Notes: generated from the sequence alone by a model not told the origin. Positions 1 to 13,839 are shown, numbered from the stretch's first letter. The stretch is DNA of 64,000 nucleotides from Somniosus microcephalus (GCA_052327205.1 CM126211.1:115382001-115446000), one strand, 5' to 3'. A program made the numbers and translations.

Positions 1-572
1 AACTACAGAATATGAATGGACATGCAGTGCAGGCTAGCTCATTCCATTGATACAATTCAGTATTTCTTTTGTGAATTTGCTAGATTAAAACAATTATGGG
101 TGTCTAATTTGAAATTGCCTTTGAATACTTTTTCCTTAATACTGTAATAGAATGTTTCGTTTAATTGAATTCGTGAGAGTGTTGGTATCAATGAAAGTAC
201 TTCAAAATCAGGTTAAATTTGAATGTTAGTACATCAAAATCAGGCACAAGAGAACGGGCCATACCTTTTCACCTATATAGAGACTCAAGTAGAAAAAAAT
301 ACTGCCATAACAAAATACCACAAAGAAACTAAAAGCCATTGTTTCAGCACAACTATTGTCTGAGCTGAATCACTAAACCAACAGGTAATTCTACTGCAGT
401 TAATACAATTCAAAATATCATTGACCCTAACGGTGGGGTCTAGAATTAGCTAGCAATTGAATTTTAATCAGTTGAACTTTCACTTAATTGTGTTTTTTTT
501 TTAAATACACAAGACTTTAAGCATACCTTGACACTACAGCTGTTCAACAGTGGTTTTGCCTCCACCAATGCG

Positions 573-1672
573 ACATAGAATTACATAGAATTTGCAGAAT
601 AGAAACAGGCCATTCGGCCCACTGGTCCATGCCACTGTTTATTCTCCACACGAGCCCCCCGACCCCCCCACCCGACTTCATCTAACCCTATTGGCATATC
701 CTTCTATCCCTTTCTCCCTCATGTAGTTATCTAGCTTCCCCTTGAATGCATCATTGCTATTCGCTTCAACTACTCCCTGTAGTAGCAATTTCCACATACT
801 AACCACATTCCAATAAGCATTCCTCCTGAATTTCTTATTGAATTTATGAGTAATACCTTGGGGGAAAAATTGGGTTTGTTTGGCCCTCGCGTTAACGCCC
901 CCCATTAGTGCCCCCTGGGGGCGCTAATGGCGTGCAAATCCCCGAGCACCCAGGCACGGCGCCACTAATGCCTCCCGTGAAATTCAGAGGGAGTTTAGCG
1001 GCGGCGGTAGCCGGTAGCGCCCCACGGCGCTGCGCTGCCGGCTATGACATAATCGCCAAGCGATGCGACCCCTTAGCATCCCACTGAGGCCCCTTACCGC
1101 CCTGTGACAGAAATTGGACTGCGCCCCGCGAAGCAGCTGCGGGTGATGTCAGCGACAACCTCGCGGGTCGCAAAACAGACCAACCTCCGCTTGCGAGGTG
1201 GTAATTGAAGGGGAAGCCCGGCTGTGCCCCGCACTGCCATTTCATTGTTTTGGCCAACCTCGAGGTCAGCCCCTCGTGGCGACCCTTGGCATGGGCCATG
1301 GCTGCCATTGCGCAGCCCAGCACCATGTCTCAGTGCTGGACTGCGGCCACAGCACCATGCTGGCCTGGTGGGCTTGTGGAGGCCGTCAAACGGCCTGCAG
1401 AGTGCGCAGCATCCCTCCCCTTTAACCGAAGGGGAGGGGTGATGAAACGCGTCTGCGCTATGTAGAGCAGCCGTGTAGTGCTCCAGCGCTACCGCGCTTT
1501 GCGCCCCAGACACCACCCCGAGAGGAAGTGGAGCGCCCAAGATAGTGCTTCGCATCCTTGCCGGGGCAGTAAGCCCAATTTAGCAGCCGGGGCGGTACTC
1601 CCGCGCCGGGTGCTAAATGGCTGGCGCGAATTCGGTTACCGAATTTCTCCCCCCTTGTATTTATGACCCCTA
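573..1672 (-). mobile_element. CR1 LINE 3' fragment, split by the MITE at 860-1653
   Basis: Minus-strand peptide VVSMWKLLLQGVVEANSNDAFKGKLDNYMREKGIEGY matches a CR1 ORF2 C-terminus. Tail repeats catagaatta at ~573-590. CR1-like sequence resumes after the MITE. Confidence 0.8.
860..1653. mobile_element. Harbinger-type MITE
   Basis: TIRs GGGGGAAAAATTGGGT / ACCGAATTTCTCCCCC; 3-bp TSD CTT on both sides; GC-rich interior with many GGCGCT/AGCGCC motifs. Confidence 0.85.
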
Positions 1673-2194
1673 GCGGGGCTGTGGGTTGGTTGGAGGTGGC
1701 TAACAGGCGAGAACATGATGGGAGCTTGGGGCCTAATGGTTCAAAAAGAGGCGAAAAGCAATTTGGGTCCCATTTTGCTGCCCCCAACCCCTCCCCACCC
1801 CGCGCAAGGCTGCTAGACCCTGCCCTATCCCTAATACTGCCAAGTTTCAACAACCCCCAACACCATCAAACCCTAGTCTCCCCAAATGCCCCAAAACTTC
1901 CTTCTCTGTCCTGATGGACCCTGTACTTCCCTACCCAAAACTGCAACCCCATCTGCAGTTAGAGTGTAAATATAGCCCGAGTCTGAAGTCAGGGCCTGAC
2001 CTGAAGCCAAGGGATCCCCGGGAAAGAGCGAGTTTCACTCCATTTTTACTCAGAGTCAGTTCAGGGCATAACACCTGACTTACACTACACTACTAAAGTG
2101 TAAGTACACCCTAAGTCTGTTAGAGATACCGTCTGACATGACAAAGCTCAAAATCATGTAGTTTGAATATAGAAAGATCATGATATGTTACATT

Positions 2195-3615
2195 TTTTTA
2201 ATTCATTGTTGGGATATGGGTGTCGCTAGCATCCCTAGTTGCCCATCCCTAGTTGCCCATCCTTAGTTGCCCTTGAGAAGGTGGTAGTGAGCTGCCTTCT
2301 GAACTGCTGCAGTCCGTGTGGTGAAAGTATTCCTACAGTGCTGTTAGGGAGGGAGTTCCAGAAGTTGGAGGAACGGCATTATGGCCTAGAAATTCGGTGG
2401 CGCCCCGTGCCTGGGCGCTGGAAGTACCGCCCCGGAAGGAGCCACGAGCGCCAGCCGGAAATTCAGTTTCAGCACCCTAAACGGAAGCGGGGCGCTGCTC
2501 GAGGCGCCCCACATCCCTTTTGGGGCGCTGCAACTGAAAATCGCAGCGCAACGTGCCGCAGTGCTACATGCTGCGGCACGGCGCGCTGCGGTACTGCAGG
2601 CCTTCCTCCCCTTCTTAAAGGGGCGGGGCCTGCTGCAGCGCGATCAGAGATCGCGAGTGCCGGCAAAAGAGCCCGGCACCGAGGAGAAGTGTCGGGCTCT
2701 TGGGACACAGCCGGCACAACACGGGGGGGGGGGGTGCTCAGGAGGCCGGGGACGGCGACGCGAAGAGGTGCTGGCAGGCGGCCAGCAAAAAAAATGGCCG
2801 CCCCGCACCTCTCCTTTAATTAGCACCTCTACCGCCACAGGCAGTCCCCCCTGAACCGGTCGCAAATTGCGACCGGCGTTACAGCGGGGGGCGCTACCAA
2901 ATTTCGCGATCGGGGCGGTAGCGGGGCGCTGCGCACACCGATGACGTCATCGGTGGTGGCGCAGCGCTACAGGCTAACGCCGCCATTAGCGCCCTGCTAA
3001 ATTTCACAGGAGGCGTGGCCAGTGGCGCTAAACCCACTAAGTGCCCTCTTTGGGCGCTAACTGGTGGCGCAGCCCACCGAATTTCTAGGCCTGTATGTCC
3101 AAGATTGGATGGATATTTGACTTGAATGGGAATTTGGAGGCGATGGTGTTTCCATGTACCTGCTGCCCTTGTTTTTCTAAGCAGTGGCGGTCATGGATTT
3201 GGGTGGGACTAGCAAAGAAGCCTTGGTGCCTTGCTGCAGCATATCCTGTAGATAGTACACACTGCAGCCACGGTGCACCAGTGGTGGAGTTACTGGATGT
3301 TTTAGCTGTTGGGTGGGATGCCGATCAAAAAGATTGCTTTGTACTGCATGGTGCTGAGCTTTTTGAGTGTTGTTGGAGCTGCATCCATCCAGGCAAGCGG
3401 AGAGTATTCCATCGCACTCCTGATGTGTGTCTTGCAGGTGTCAGAGAGGCTTTGGGGAGTTAGAATGTGAGCCACTTACTGCAGAATACCTAGCCTCTAA
3501 CTTGCTATAGTAGCCACAGTATTTAGGTGGCTGGTCCAGTTGAGTTACTGGTCAATACTGACCCCCAGGATGTTGATAGTGGGGGATTCGGTGATGGTAA
3601 TGCCTTTGAATGTTA
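2195..3615 (-). mobile_element. CR1/L2-group LINE 3' fragment, split by a MITE
   Basis: Minus strand encodes decayed LINE ORF2 C-terminal motifs (WNSLP, VRSAMEYSPLAWM-like). Confidence 0.65.
2383..3091. mobile_element. Harbinger-type MITE (~700-bp family)
   Basis: TIRs GGCCTAGAAATTCGGTGG / CCACCGAATTTCTAGGCC; flanks TAT/TGT; interior homologous to 6371-7024, 32970-33665 and 35725-36431. Confidence 0.85.
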
Positions 3616-4739
3616 ATATATGCCAAGGTATCATTGGCGGGATTAGGGAATGACAAAATTAATTCGATTTCAGGAGAGCAGATTTTGAGTTAATAAGTGA
3701 AAAATTGGAAAGATAAATTTCAAAGTAAGCTGATATGGTACCTAAGAAAATATGTTTTTTTTTTCTGGAGATGTTGTTTCACTTTGAATGCTAAACCTAG
3801 ATTTTCTAATGACCATTATTTTAACACTGATAGCAACCCGCTGATTGGAAAAACTAAGCTTGTGTGTGTACTTGACGAGGTGAACATGCTCAGAGCTAAG
3901 AAATGCACCAATGTGAATTTTTCCATTCTCACACCAGCCATCCTTATTGTATCTCGATGAGACTGCCAGTTTGTATACACTGTATGCAGTTTCTTCCTAT
4001 GGGCTTGTACCTGATAAAACTAGGTTGAAGGAGCCTAAATTCATTTCATATAGGACCTTCATGACCAGTAAAGAGAACCTTTCCTCCCTTTGGGCTGCAC
4101 CAGATTCAAAGCAAGGTCTAAACAGTGAAAGGTTTAACTATGCGAAAGAGGATTCAACTGAGATATTTCACATTGAAGGCTGAGGATCATATTGAAATCT
4201 AGATGTAGTAAATCTAGGTTATAGTAAGCAAAATGGTGCAAAAATCTGTTCTAGGTCATTTAAAGAAAATAAGATTGGACAATATATAAAAGAAAAGGTA
4301 GGGATGCTAAAATGCCAATTAGGAATAAAAAAAAAAAATGGCAAAGCACATCTTAATAGACACTGATGTAGGTGTATTTATATGGAGAGTTCACTGTCTT
4401 AAAGTGAGTCTTATGCAGATTGGCGATTAGGACATTCTGACATTGTGGTCAGGCCACTGGTTTGGAGCCCAAACTGAGCTTTTCTCATCGGTGTTATTTT
4501 AATGCTCACATTAAAATAATGCTGATCAGAAAATGTAGGCTCAATGTCTTGGCTCTGAAGTCCCAAGCTTTGATGTTGAATGTTCTGCAACTGCTCCAGC
4601 AGCCTGGCTGAGGACCAACCACCGCACAACTGAAGTTCTGCCAAATCCTCCATCACGGTTGACTAAAATCTTTCTCTGAGATCTGCCAGCCCTGAACACA
4701 CAACTGCTCAGAGCACTGACCGTGTCAGGCATGACCACT

Positions 4740-5630
4740 GGTGTTTTAACGGAGGTGGGATGGGGGGTGGGGGATGTGCGACCAGCCTGCTCCTAGGAAG
4801 CGGGTCGCTCATTTAAATATTTTAATGAGGCTGCATCCTTCAGATTTTTTCTCTGTTCCAGCTTTAATGTTGTGAACATCCCCAGCGATCGAACCCCCCT
4901 CTGCGACCCAATGCCCTCCCAATGTTCTCCACGGCCTATGATCTCCTCCAGGCCCCCCACAAGTCTTCCACGGGCTCCCCGGGTTTGTCTCCCCTCCTCT
5001 TCCGATCTCTCAGCCCCCCCCAATGATGTCCCCCCAACCCCCAATCTCTCCGGGCCCATCAATCTCCCACCCAACCCCTGATCTCTACCTCCCTCCTCTC
5101 TGCTCCCCGGCTGTGGCCTGGTGCCACAGGCCTACCCGCCCGACAGCCAGCCAGCCTCTCAATCTGGCTGCATGCGGCCAGGAAATGTAGTCCAAAAATG
5201 GTAATCAGGTCCTGCCATTAAAGACTTTTGAGTTTGTTTTTTTGTTAGTTGCTGATCTATTCTCATACTTTCTCTTTGCTGCTCTTATTCCCTTTTTTAT
5301 ATCTCCTCTGTACTTTCTTTTGCCTGCCAGGTGCTGTGATTTGCGTGTTGGTGGTCTTCCTGTTAATGTAAAGGGTTCGTCATGTGAACAAATTTGTGCA
5401 ATGGCTGGAACGGCGGCAGAAGCCCAAGCAGCAATCCATGTGCCCATGTGATCTCGTCTGCCTTGGAGGGAACCAAGCATTTTGTTGTGTAGGCCAATCA
5501 GTGTTCTTCTGTAGCCTGGCACTCATCTGAGTCCTATGCAGCTGTGCCGCCTGCGTTACATTGAACGGGCGCGGGTTAATCACGTATTGAGATCTGCATG
5601 CCCGTTTTCGGGGCTATCTGATTTAGCCCC
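4740..5630. mobile_element. Decayed MITE-like repeat containing a short CR1 ORF2 fragment (~5222-5320)
   Basis: Shares ...tggctg...caggaaa...ggt(c/t)ctgccattaaa with ~9995-10062; right end gatttagccccc; embedded KYRGDIKKGIRAAKRKYEN peptide resembles the CR1 ORF2 linker. Boundaries approximate. Confidence 0.45.
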
Positions 5631-6370
5631 CGCTGTGTCCCCAGAAACACTCGGAGCCTTTCAGATTGGCTCCAAATGGTCTCTTTGTTAAGCATTCCCG
5701 ACAAGGATTAGGAGGATTTACAACATGTACACTGATGTTCCTTGTGGATTTAGACTAACAGTTACTGAGTTTTGACTTTGGGAGTATTTGTGCAGGTTGT
5801 TGCCATTAGTGCATGAACTGAAATTTGCCAAATTCCTGCTCACCTAGCCTGCCTTTACTTAGCATTGGTCTAAAGCCCCGTCAATCAAACATGGAACAAG
5901 CAGAACTGTGGTGTTATAACTGCTGGAAAACAACAACAGTGAAATGCTGTGGTTACCATTGGCCAGTGAAATTACTAGAAAATTACATCACAGTCATGTG
6001 ATTACTATTACTCAAGAACCTGGCTCCTGCGGGGAATTTACCACATTTTTTATTCGCACAAATAGATACTTTGGGCTTGAAATGAACCCCTCTGGGGTTA
6101 ATTACCTTACCTTTTGAGAATTTACAGCTTTTCTGGAGGCTCAGTTGGACTGAAAATAGTTCTTTTGAGGCCTTATAAGGGCCTACTGGATGCATTTCCT
6201 GGGGCAGCCCAGGAACTCCCTAGACATGTTCCACTGATTCTGGGGAGGGGGCGGGGGTGCAGGGTGAAGATTCACCCTCTTCCTCCCTCCCCCCGCCCTT
6301 ACCAGAATTTAAAGGGGTATTTTGGTCAAATTGGAAAGCATGCAGAACTGGGTTCCATCCCAAAATCTTA

Positions 6371-7024
6371 GGGCTAAAAATTGAGTACTTTTAGCGCCCC
6401 AGAAAAATTAGTGCCCCGCACCGGAAATTGAGAGGTTGCGCCCCAAGAAGGAAGTGGGGCGCTACTGGAAGCGCCCCGCATCCCTCTTGGGGCACTGCGA
6501 GTCAATGTGGCACTGCGGTATTGCAGGCCTTCCTCCCCTTCTTAAAGGGGAGGGGCCTTGCGCAGCACAACCCGGGGTCCAGCTGGGCCCCCGGGGATCG
6601 GGAGTGCCGGCAAAAGAGCCCGGCACTCAAGAGAAGTGCCGTGCACTTGGAGCACAGCCAGCACTCCGCAGGGGGGCCATTCAGGAGGTCGAGGACGGGA
6701 GCGCAGGTAGGTGCTGGCAGGCGGCCAGCAACAAAAATGGCCGCCCTGCACCTCGCCTTTAAATTGTGCCTCCCGGGCCATAGGTAGGCCCCTCTGACCC
6801 GTCGGACATAACGTCCGGCGGTAAGTCAGGGGGTGCTCCCAAAGATCGCGGCCAGGGAACGAGCAGGGTGCTGCGCACGCCGATGATGTCATTGCCAGCG
6901 GCGCAGCACCGCGGGGCGCTACCGGTTAGCACCGCCGCTAACCTCCCACTGAATTTCGCGGGAGGCATGGGCGGCGCCGCACCCGGGCACTAGTTGCTTT
7001 GCAAAGCAACCCAATTTTTCCCCC
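6371..7024. mobile_element. Harbinger-type MITE (~700-bp family)
   Basis: Ends GGGCTAAAAATTG / CCAATTTTTCCCCC; flanks TTA/TCA; interior homologous to 2383-3091. Confidence 0.8.
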
Positions 7025-7666
7025 TCAGTGTCTCCAGCAGAAATCTTCCTTTCTGCCCTCCCCAACCCAGGATATTCAGCTGCTGTGTATTTAATACCTG
7101 TGGCCCAAGCACATGATACAGGCACAGATGATATTATGTCTACTTGTGTACAAAGCTGAGCTTGTCCTTTAATGGGGAACAGAGGTTGAGTTGCTCTTTA
7201 ATTGACGCCAAGGTTCTACAAAAGCCAGGGATGTTTAGGTCTGGCAGTTTAGTTTATTGTTTGCGTACACAACTATCCTGCTATGGTTGTGAAAGTCTGC
7301 AACTGATTAGATTGTTTAGATTGTACAATTTTTAGATTGTTTTTTAGAATTCCATGTGTGTTAAAGAAATTTAGCCGGAACAGTCCTCTAAAGTTAAAAC
7401 AGCTTAATTCAGACAAATATCAAGTATCTTGAACTTTCTAACTAAACTTTGAATACTTCTATAAACAAGGCTAGTACCATGAACAAGTGAGGTACTGAAA
7501 GAGGCGAAGTATAATTAGATAATTCTATGGAAATTATAGTCCAGATTAAAATGTTCTCACTAGAACTTTACACCTTTACGATGACTGATAGTTTACACTA
7601 TAATTTCCCAAAGAGAACTCAAGCTCAGTCAAGTCAGAATGTCCGTTATTAAATGTAAAGTAATGG

Positions 7667-8385
7667 GAGTAGAGTTTTGCTTGGTTGCAGCATAACTGGT
7701 GCAAAAGATCGCAGAATTTTAAGTGCAAATTACATTCAGTGCAAATTAGGTTTCCGCGATCTTTTGCGCTAGTTTAAAAAACATCGCACTGGAAGCAGGC
7801 CCCACTCACAAAGCTGGCCACAGCCCCAAGATGAATTAATCACCATTGGGAGTTTCTGCTAATTGCACTCATTTGCAGGCCTTCAAGGAGGCTCTAAAAA
7901 TTAAGCTGGTTCTTTTGGGTGCAAGGACACTAATGGACGTGTTTTAAAAGCTTTTTGAATGTAATTTTTTTTTAAATTTACTAAGAAACTGACTACTGTA
8001 CCCCAATATAACCAGCAAATGTTTCTGTATATTTTTCAAACCTTATTTTCAGTCATTTAAAATTGGGTTACTCACAGGTGGTGGATTGACACTGTGATTA
8101 AAAATGCTTGTTTTTTGTGATAAACTGATTTTCAGCTGTATTAATCAAACTTTACTAAGTTACCACTCTGAAATATATCAAGGAATATTTTTCAAAGCAA
8201 AATTTTTTTTAAAAATTATGTTTTAAAACGCTGCCTGATTGCGCTGGTTCATGGCAGATTGTGTGTTCGGTGATATGCAAATGAGCTTGAGCGAAAACTC
8301 GAGAAAAAAAAACTTCAAAACGAGCACAATTTTGGCGCAATTTACGCTCAGATTGCCTATTGCGCCCAAAGCGGAAACTCTATGT
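7667..8385. mobile_element. AT-rich MITE, inverted paralog of 51561-60940
   Basis: Aligns by eye to the reverse complement of 60330-60940 plus 51561-51668 (e.g. gatcgcagaattttaagtgcaaattacattcag); decayed GGGTAGAGTT-type ends. Confidence 0.75.
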
Positions 8386-8629
8386 TATGATATATTGCAC
8401 AAATATAATTCAAATTCAAGTTAAAATAACAAAATATTAACATACAATTACAATTTCAAACACAAATGATTCTGACTTTGTGGCTTTTCCCTCCATGTTA
8501 TTAAATGTATTATGAAAACACTCCTAACAAAATTTCTGTCTTTAGCTCCTAACTATCACTATATTTTTCAAAATTCAAAATTGGTAGCTATCAGGTCAGG
8601 AATAAGTCATGTAAAGTGGTAGCATCCAA

Positions 8630-9061
8630 AAGAAAAAGAAAGCAGGTCTTGAATTTATATAGTGTCATGATGTCCCAAAGCAATTTACAGCCTATGAAGC
8701 ACTTTTAAAGTGTAGTCACTGTTGTAATGTAGGAAACATTCCCACAAACAGCAATTAAATAAATGACCAGTTAATTTGTTTTAGTGATGTTGGTTCTGGG
8801 ATAAATGTTGATCAGGACACCAGAAGAACTCTCCCATCCTTCTTCGAATAGTGCTATGAGATTTTTTACCATCCACCTGAGGCAACAGGGACTCGGTTTA
8901 ATATCTCGTCTGAAAGACAGCACCTCTGACAATGCAGGCCTCCCTCAGTACTGAACTTGAGTATCAGACTAGATTAAGTGCTCAAGTCTCTGGAGTGGAG
9001 CTTGAACCCACGACCTTCTGACTTGGAGGCGAGAGTGCTACCACTGAGCCACAGCTGACAC
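8630..9061 (-). mobile_element. tRNA-derived Deu-domain SINE (SacSINE1-like)
   Basis: Minus-strand tRNA-like head (gtgtcagctgtggctcagtggtagcac...gggttcaagc), Deu-type core (gtctttcagacgagatattaaaccgag) and tail tatataaattcaag. Confidence 0.8.
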
Positions 9062-9456
9062 TTGATGATAACGCATTTCTATAATATTTTACATTAATGT
9101 GAGTAAAATATCAACTTATCTCAAAAACTGTAAGCCCCAGTAACCATAGTATTTCAGTATATTGAATATTGATATGCATTGCTTTTGTTATATTGTATCT
9201 ATCTCCTTTTTAATCCCTTTGAACGCCACAAAAATATTTACTCATCCAGGTGAAGTCAAGTAGCAGGGAGCAATATTACTTCCGGGTTTAGATGCATTAT
9301 ACATTGCTCTGGGGGGATATGTCCATTGTTGCTGATTTGCAATGAAATGTCTGGTGTATATATAAAGAATATGTTTATAATTTTGCTACAAGTAGCAAAC
9401 AGGAAATTATTCCCTTGGTTGTATCTATTATGCTGTGAGGTCCATTTTCAGACTCT

Positions 9457-10150
9457 TATGCCTCGATATTAAACCCCCCCCCCCCCACCATCTATGCCAT
9501 GACGGGCGAGTGGAGGTCGGGGTGGGTTAAACCCTAAAAAATGGGGAACGTGCCCCAACCCGCCACATACGCACCCATTGACGTTTTTACGGTGGCGGGT
9601 TTCGAGCCGTGTGAGTATCCCGTCTTGGAGCGGCAAGACACTTTGTTAACATATTCAAATTAAGCCCCTACTGTGCAATTGGGAGCCTGATTTAAATTTA
9701 ACTGCTGCCTGTCGGGTTTCCCAGAGCTCGGGAAACCTGGCAATAAAAGGGAGACAGGAGCTGCTGGCTCCAGAAAGTAAGTGCTTTTTATAGCACTCCT
9801 TCAGGCCAGGAGGAGCAGGAGGACTTCCCCAGGCCCCTCAAGGAAGCTTTAGGCCTCCCTTCTGCCACTCACGCCCTGTCTCTAGTCCCTGTCGTGATCG
9901 GTGGTTTCCACCCCCCAACCACGATCTGCAGCCTGTCCAGAGATTGCAGGGATCCATCCCCAAGGGTTTTCCTGCCCTGCAGATGGCCAGGCTGTTAATT
10001 TGGCTGGCTGCCGGGCAGGAAACAAAAAAAAAAAGAAATTATAATGAGGTTCTGCCATTAAATTCAGCAGGACCTCTACGTCCCCGGCCTTGACATGTTT
10101 CCTCCTTCCCGCTACTGTGCTCTCCTGTATCCTCCCCTCCTGCCCGCCCC
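9457..10150. mobile_element. Decayed MITE-like repeat
   Basis: GC-rich island beginning tgcctcgatattaa; internal similarity to 4740-5630; ends not well defined. Confidence 0.45.
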
Positions 10151-12897
10151 CCTCCCTCCCTCCCCCAGGAGCCTTGCTTTCAATTTTCTTGAGAACTCAC
10201 CTTTAAAGCCATTTTTTACCAGAGATAGGCATTTTTAAGAAATGAGTTCCTTCCTCTGAGCTGGAGAGTGGGACCCAAGAAGCAGAACAACAGCTTAGTG
10301 AAAACAAAGTTAAACTTAAAAAAGGTGGAAAATAGAGCCTGGAAATTATTATTGGTGATATTATGCTGAGGAATGCTTAATACATATGTAAAATGTGCTT
10401 TGTGTCTAATTTAGTAGTTAACTTTAATATTGTAGTAATTAAACTATTCCTAATGTTTCAATACATTAATTATTTAATACCAGTGATTTGTTTCAGTATC
10501 ACAGCGTGTGAGGGGAAAACAAAATAAAACAGGAGATACTAGTTTCTCTGAACCTGCGAGCTGTCTCAGGGTTAAATTATGACCTCTCATCATTATTACC
10601 TCGTTCTCTTTTTTAAATCTGTCAAAGGTTAGCTACCAATTTAAAGGGGCACTGTTTTCATGAAAAAGGGTTTAACAACTCTTTCTCATTTATCTGCAAA
10701 CACACAACACAATGACATAAATTGATCCATGCATCGTAGTGTTGCTTATAAGTGATTTATTGTAACAGAAATGTCAAACAACATTTCTGGCTCTTCTCCT
10801 TCCCCAGATCAGTACCTCAGGGTGAGTTAGCAGGATTCATCTCACTCTCAGTCTTACTTAAATAATTCTACATTGCTGCAGACATCTTGCAGAAACCTCA
10901 TAACATTCCCAAGTACCTGTGGCGATACCTACAATTTAACCAGAGACTGTTGTCGTATTTCTTCTTGGCAACCAAATTCCTGTGGCAAAGATGGTACATT
11001 AATTATGTCCTTGTTTTCCTTTTCTTGAAAATGCTAAGAAGATAAAAGACAGTATCACTCCGTATGTTCCTGATAACTTTACATTATAATCCACACCAGG
11101 CCGCAGGGGCTACAACAGAGTAGATCCCTTTGACACCAAAAGCACAAGTCCACATAAAATGTTGGTTTCCCTGGCTGCCAAATTCATTATAGGCAGTTAG
11201 TAGCAAGTCAGCACTTATCTCTAGTATTTGTATTCCTGTTTGAGCACAATCAGTACCAGTCAGGAATGTCACAATGGTGCCAGTGCAGATTTCTAGCGTC
11301 ACACACAGCTGTTATTGCAGGAAAACTGAATTAAATTTTAAAAGCTTGCCAAAGAAAGCAATTTAAGAACAAAATATGAATAGAAACATGTCTAAAAGAA
11401 TGTTATATAAAAGCATCACATTTTAGCAAAAGCGGAGCAAGACAGAAGAGTACACAATTTTATCATCTTTAAAATCAAAATGACATTAGAGAAAGATAGT
11501 TAAGCAAGGGAATAAAACAGGTTCCTTCCTCTACATATCAGCTCCATATTATAGCAAATAAAGTTCATGGAGCTACAACCAAACCAGAAAAACCTTTAAC
11601 GTGAGTAATCTATAGTACTTCATTTTAAAATGTCAGACATTTATAAATACATATGAAAATTAGCTTTAGTCATGGTTTGTTCAAAGTGAGTTCAACAATG
11701 TACTATTACTGAATTTGTTTCCTTTTACTTTGCAATACAAGTCTGATTTTCTTCAATTTTTTTGGTATGTCAAATTGACATGGCCACTGAGCAGCACAGA
11801 CACTCCTTTAACTTCTGGTCTCCCCCACATATTTTCAGTTCACTCCAACAATTGGCAAAGCACATAAAAAGGAAAGGGTGAGAATGTACTTTCACCTTTA
11901 ACTGCCAAAATTGTTCTCCATGTAACTACTGCACAATATTCCCCACTTACCAGGCTACTTGGAAAATATTGCCTGAAGAACTATATTTCATTTAAAATGC
12001 AAATGCATCATGGCATATCTCAAGTTTGTGAACAGTTAATGGATCTACCATTTTATGAGCCCTTACCCAACACAAATTAATCGCAAGACCAAGCAGAGCA
12101 TGATTTGCAGTGACTATTTTATAAACATGGAACCAGCCATAATTATATCACTGCTGCCACAAACTGAAATCTTTATAGTAAAGCTTGCAGTAAATTTTAA
12201 AATTATGTGCCATCAGACCCATTTATGAAACATGCCTGAATCTGCCCCTGCTCTTTTGTTTGTATTTAGTCTTTTCTGTTGTGATCAGTATTTGTGTACA
12301 TATCGCTCTGTTAGAAGTTAGAATTATATACCATTGTAATCGTGAAAATTAATCCAGAGACCAGTAACAGCTGCAGAAAAAAAAGTTCAAAAGTGAATGT
12401 CAAGAAAGAAAGGGTTCAAGCATCACTTAGGCTACAAATGTCCCGTTGCCTGAACAGATCATCAGTAGTGCTTTAGTATTCTGCAGTTCAATTGTGTTTC
12501 AGTGCTGGAGCATTCAGTCTTAGTGAGATCAACAGATAGGGTTTTTTTAAGTACTGTTTTCTCTTTCAACTGTTGCACAGCTTTTCCTGCAAGCAGACTT
12601 TATCCCAATTGCTCTGGAAGTTGTACCTCTACATAGTCTGGTCTTCTAGATGATGATTGACTCAGCGCCAACCCCAATTGCAACAAATTGTTTACTAGAT
12701 TTTATGTAGACCTAGGCAATGTTTTTACTCATCTTTTAGATGAATTATCACTGCATAACTCAGAACTTTAACTGACTAAAATAACTACAGTGCTTATTTA
12801 TAATTTAAAAAGCATAAGAAACTGGCAATACAAAACAATGCAATTTACAACAATAATCAAACTTAAAGACCATAGCAGATTAATTTATTTTCTTATA

Positions 12898-13335
12898 GGT
12901 GTCAGCCATGCCTCAGTGATAGCACTCTTGCCTCTGAGTCAGAAGATCATGGGTTTAATCTGAGTGCTGCACCGTTGGAGGTGTCGTCTTTCAGATGAGA
13001 CATTAAACCGAGATCCTATCTGCTCTCTCAGGTGGATGTAAAAGATCCCCTGCGCTATTTCGTAGAAGAGCAGGAGAGTTCTCCCTGGTGTCCTGGCCAA
13101 TATTTTTCACTCAACCAACATCACTAAAAACAGATCCAGTTCATGTGATAATTATCTCGTCATTGTCATATTGCTGTTTGTGGGACCTTGCTGTGTGGAA
13201 ATTGGCTGCCACGTTTCCTATATTACAACAGTGACGACACTTCAAAAGTGCTTCATTGCCTGTAAAGCGCTTTGGGACATCCTGAAATTGTAAAAGGTGC
13301 TATATAAATGCAAGTCCTTCTTATTTCTTTTCTTC
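12898..13335 (+). mobile_element. tRNA-derived Deu-domain SINE
   Basis: Same family as 8630-9061 in opposite orientation: head, Deu core gtctttcagatgagacattaaaccgag, tail gctatataaatgcaag. Confidence 0.85.
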
Positions 13336-13542
13336 TCAAATCTGCAACTGCAGAACCTGAACAACAATCATTATTTAAGTCACAAACAGAACATCAAAAT
13401 ATTCTGGCTCCTCCGAGCACTGTTTCAGGTTTTTGGAATTTTTCTTCTTCCGGGAATTTTTCTTCTTTCTGTAGCCAAAGACCATCCAATACTTGTCTTT
13501 GAACTTAGACTTCTAGCCACACTTTGACAATACTAACATTGA

Positions 13543-13660
13543 TAAAGAAAGAAAGACTTGTATTTATATAGCTCCTTTCATGACCTCAGGATGTCCCAAA
13601 GCACTTTACAGCCAATGAAGTACTTTATGAAATATAGTCACTGCTGCAATGTAGGAAATG
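13543..13660 (-). mobile_element. Deu-SINE 3' fragment
   Basis: (gaaa)n tail followed by the reverse complement of the SINE 3' end. Confidence 0.7.
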
Positions 13661-13839
13661 GACAGAAATTGACAATAGGGTTATATCCTTATAGGCTTTA
13701 CAAAGCTTGATAATCTGAGCCTGCAAATTACGTGGACACGCTAGAGCTGGTAGAAGTGCGGCAGTTTGGGAGTTCCATTCCCTGACGTGACCCACTGCTG
13801 ACCCCAACTCAAATCGTAGGGATGGAGTCATTTTTGCAT

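Noticed and set aside
8990-9061. tRNA gene
   Set aside because: It is the tRNA-derived head of a SINE, continuous with the Deu core, and no full cloverleaf is evident.
11084-11302. 72-aa minus-strand ORF as a host exon
   Set aside because: No recognisable motif, and it ends in a stop without a convincing splice donor.
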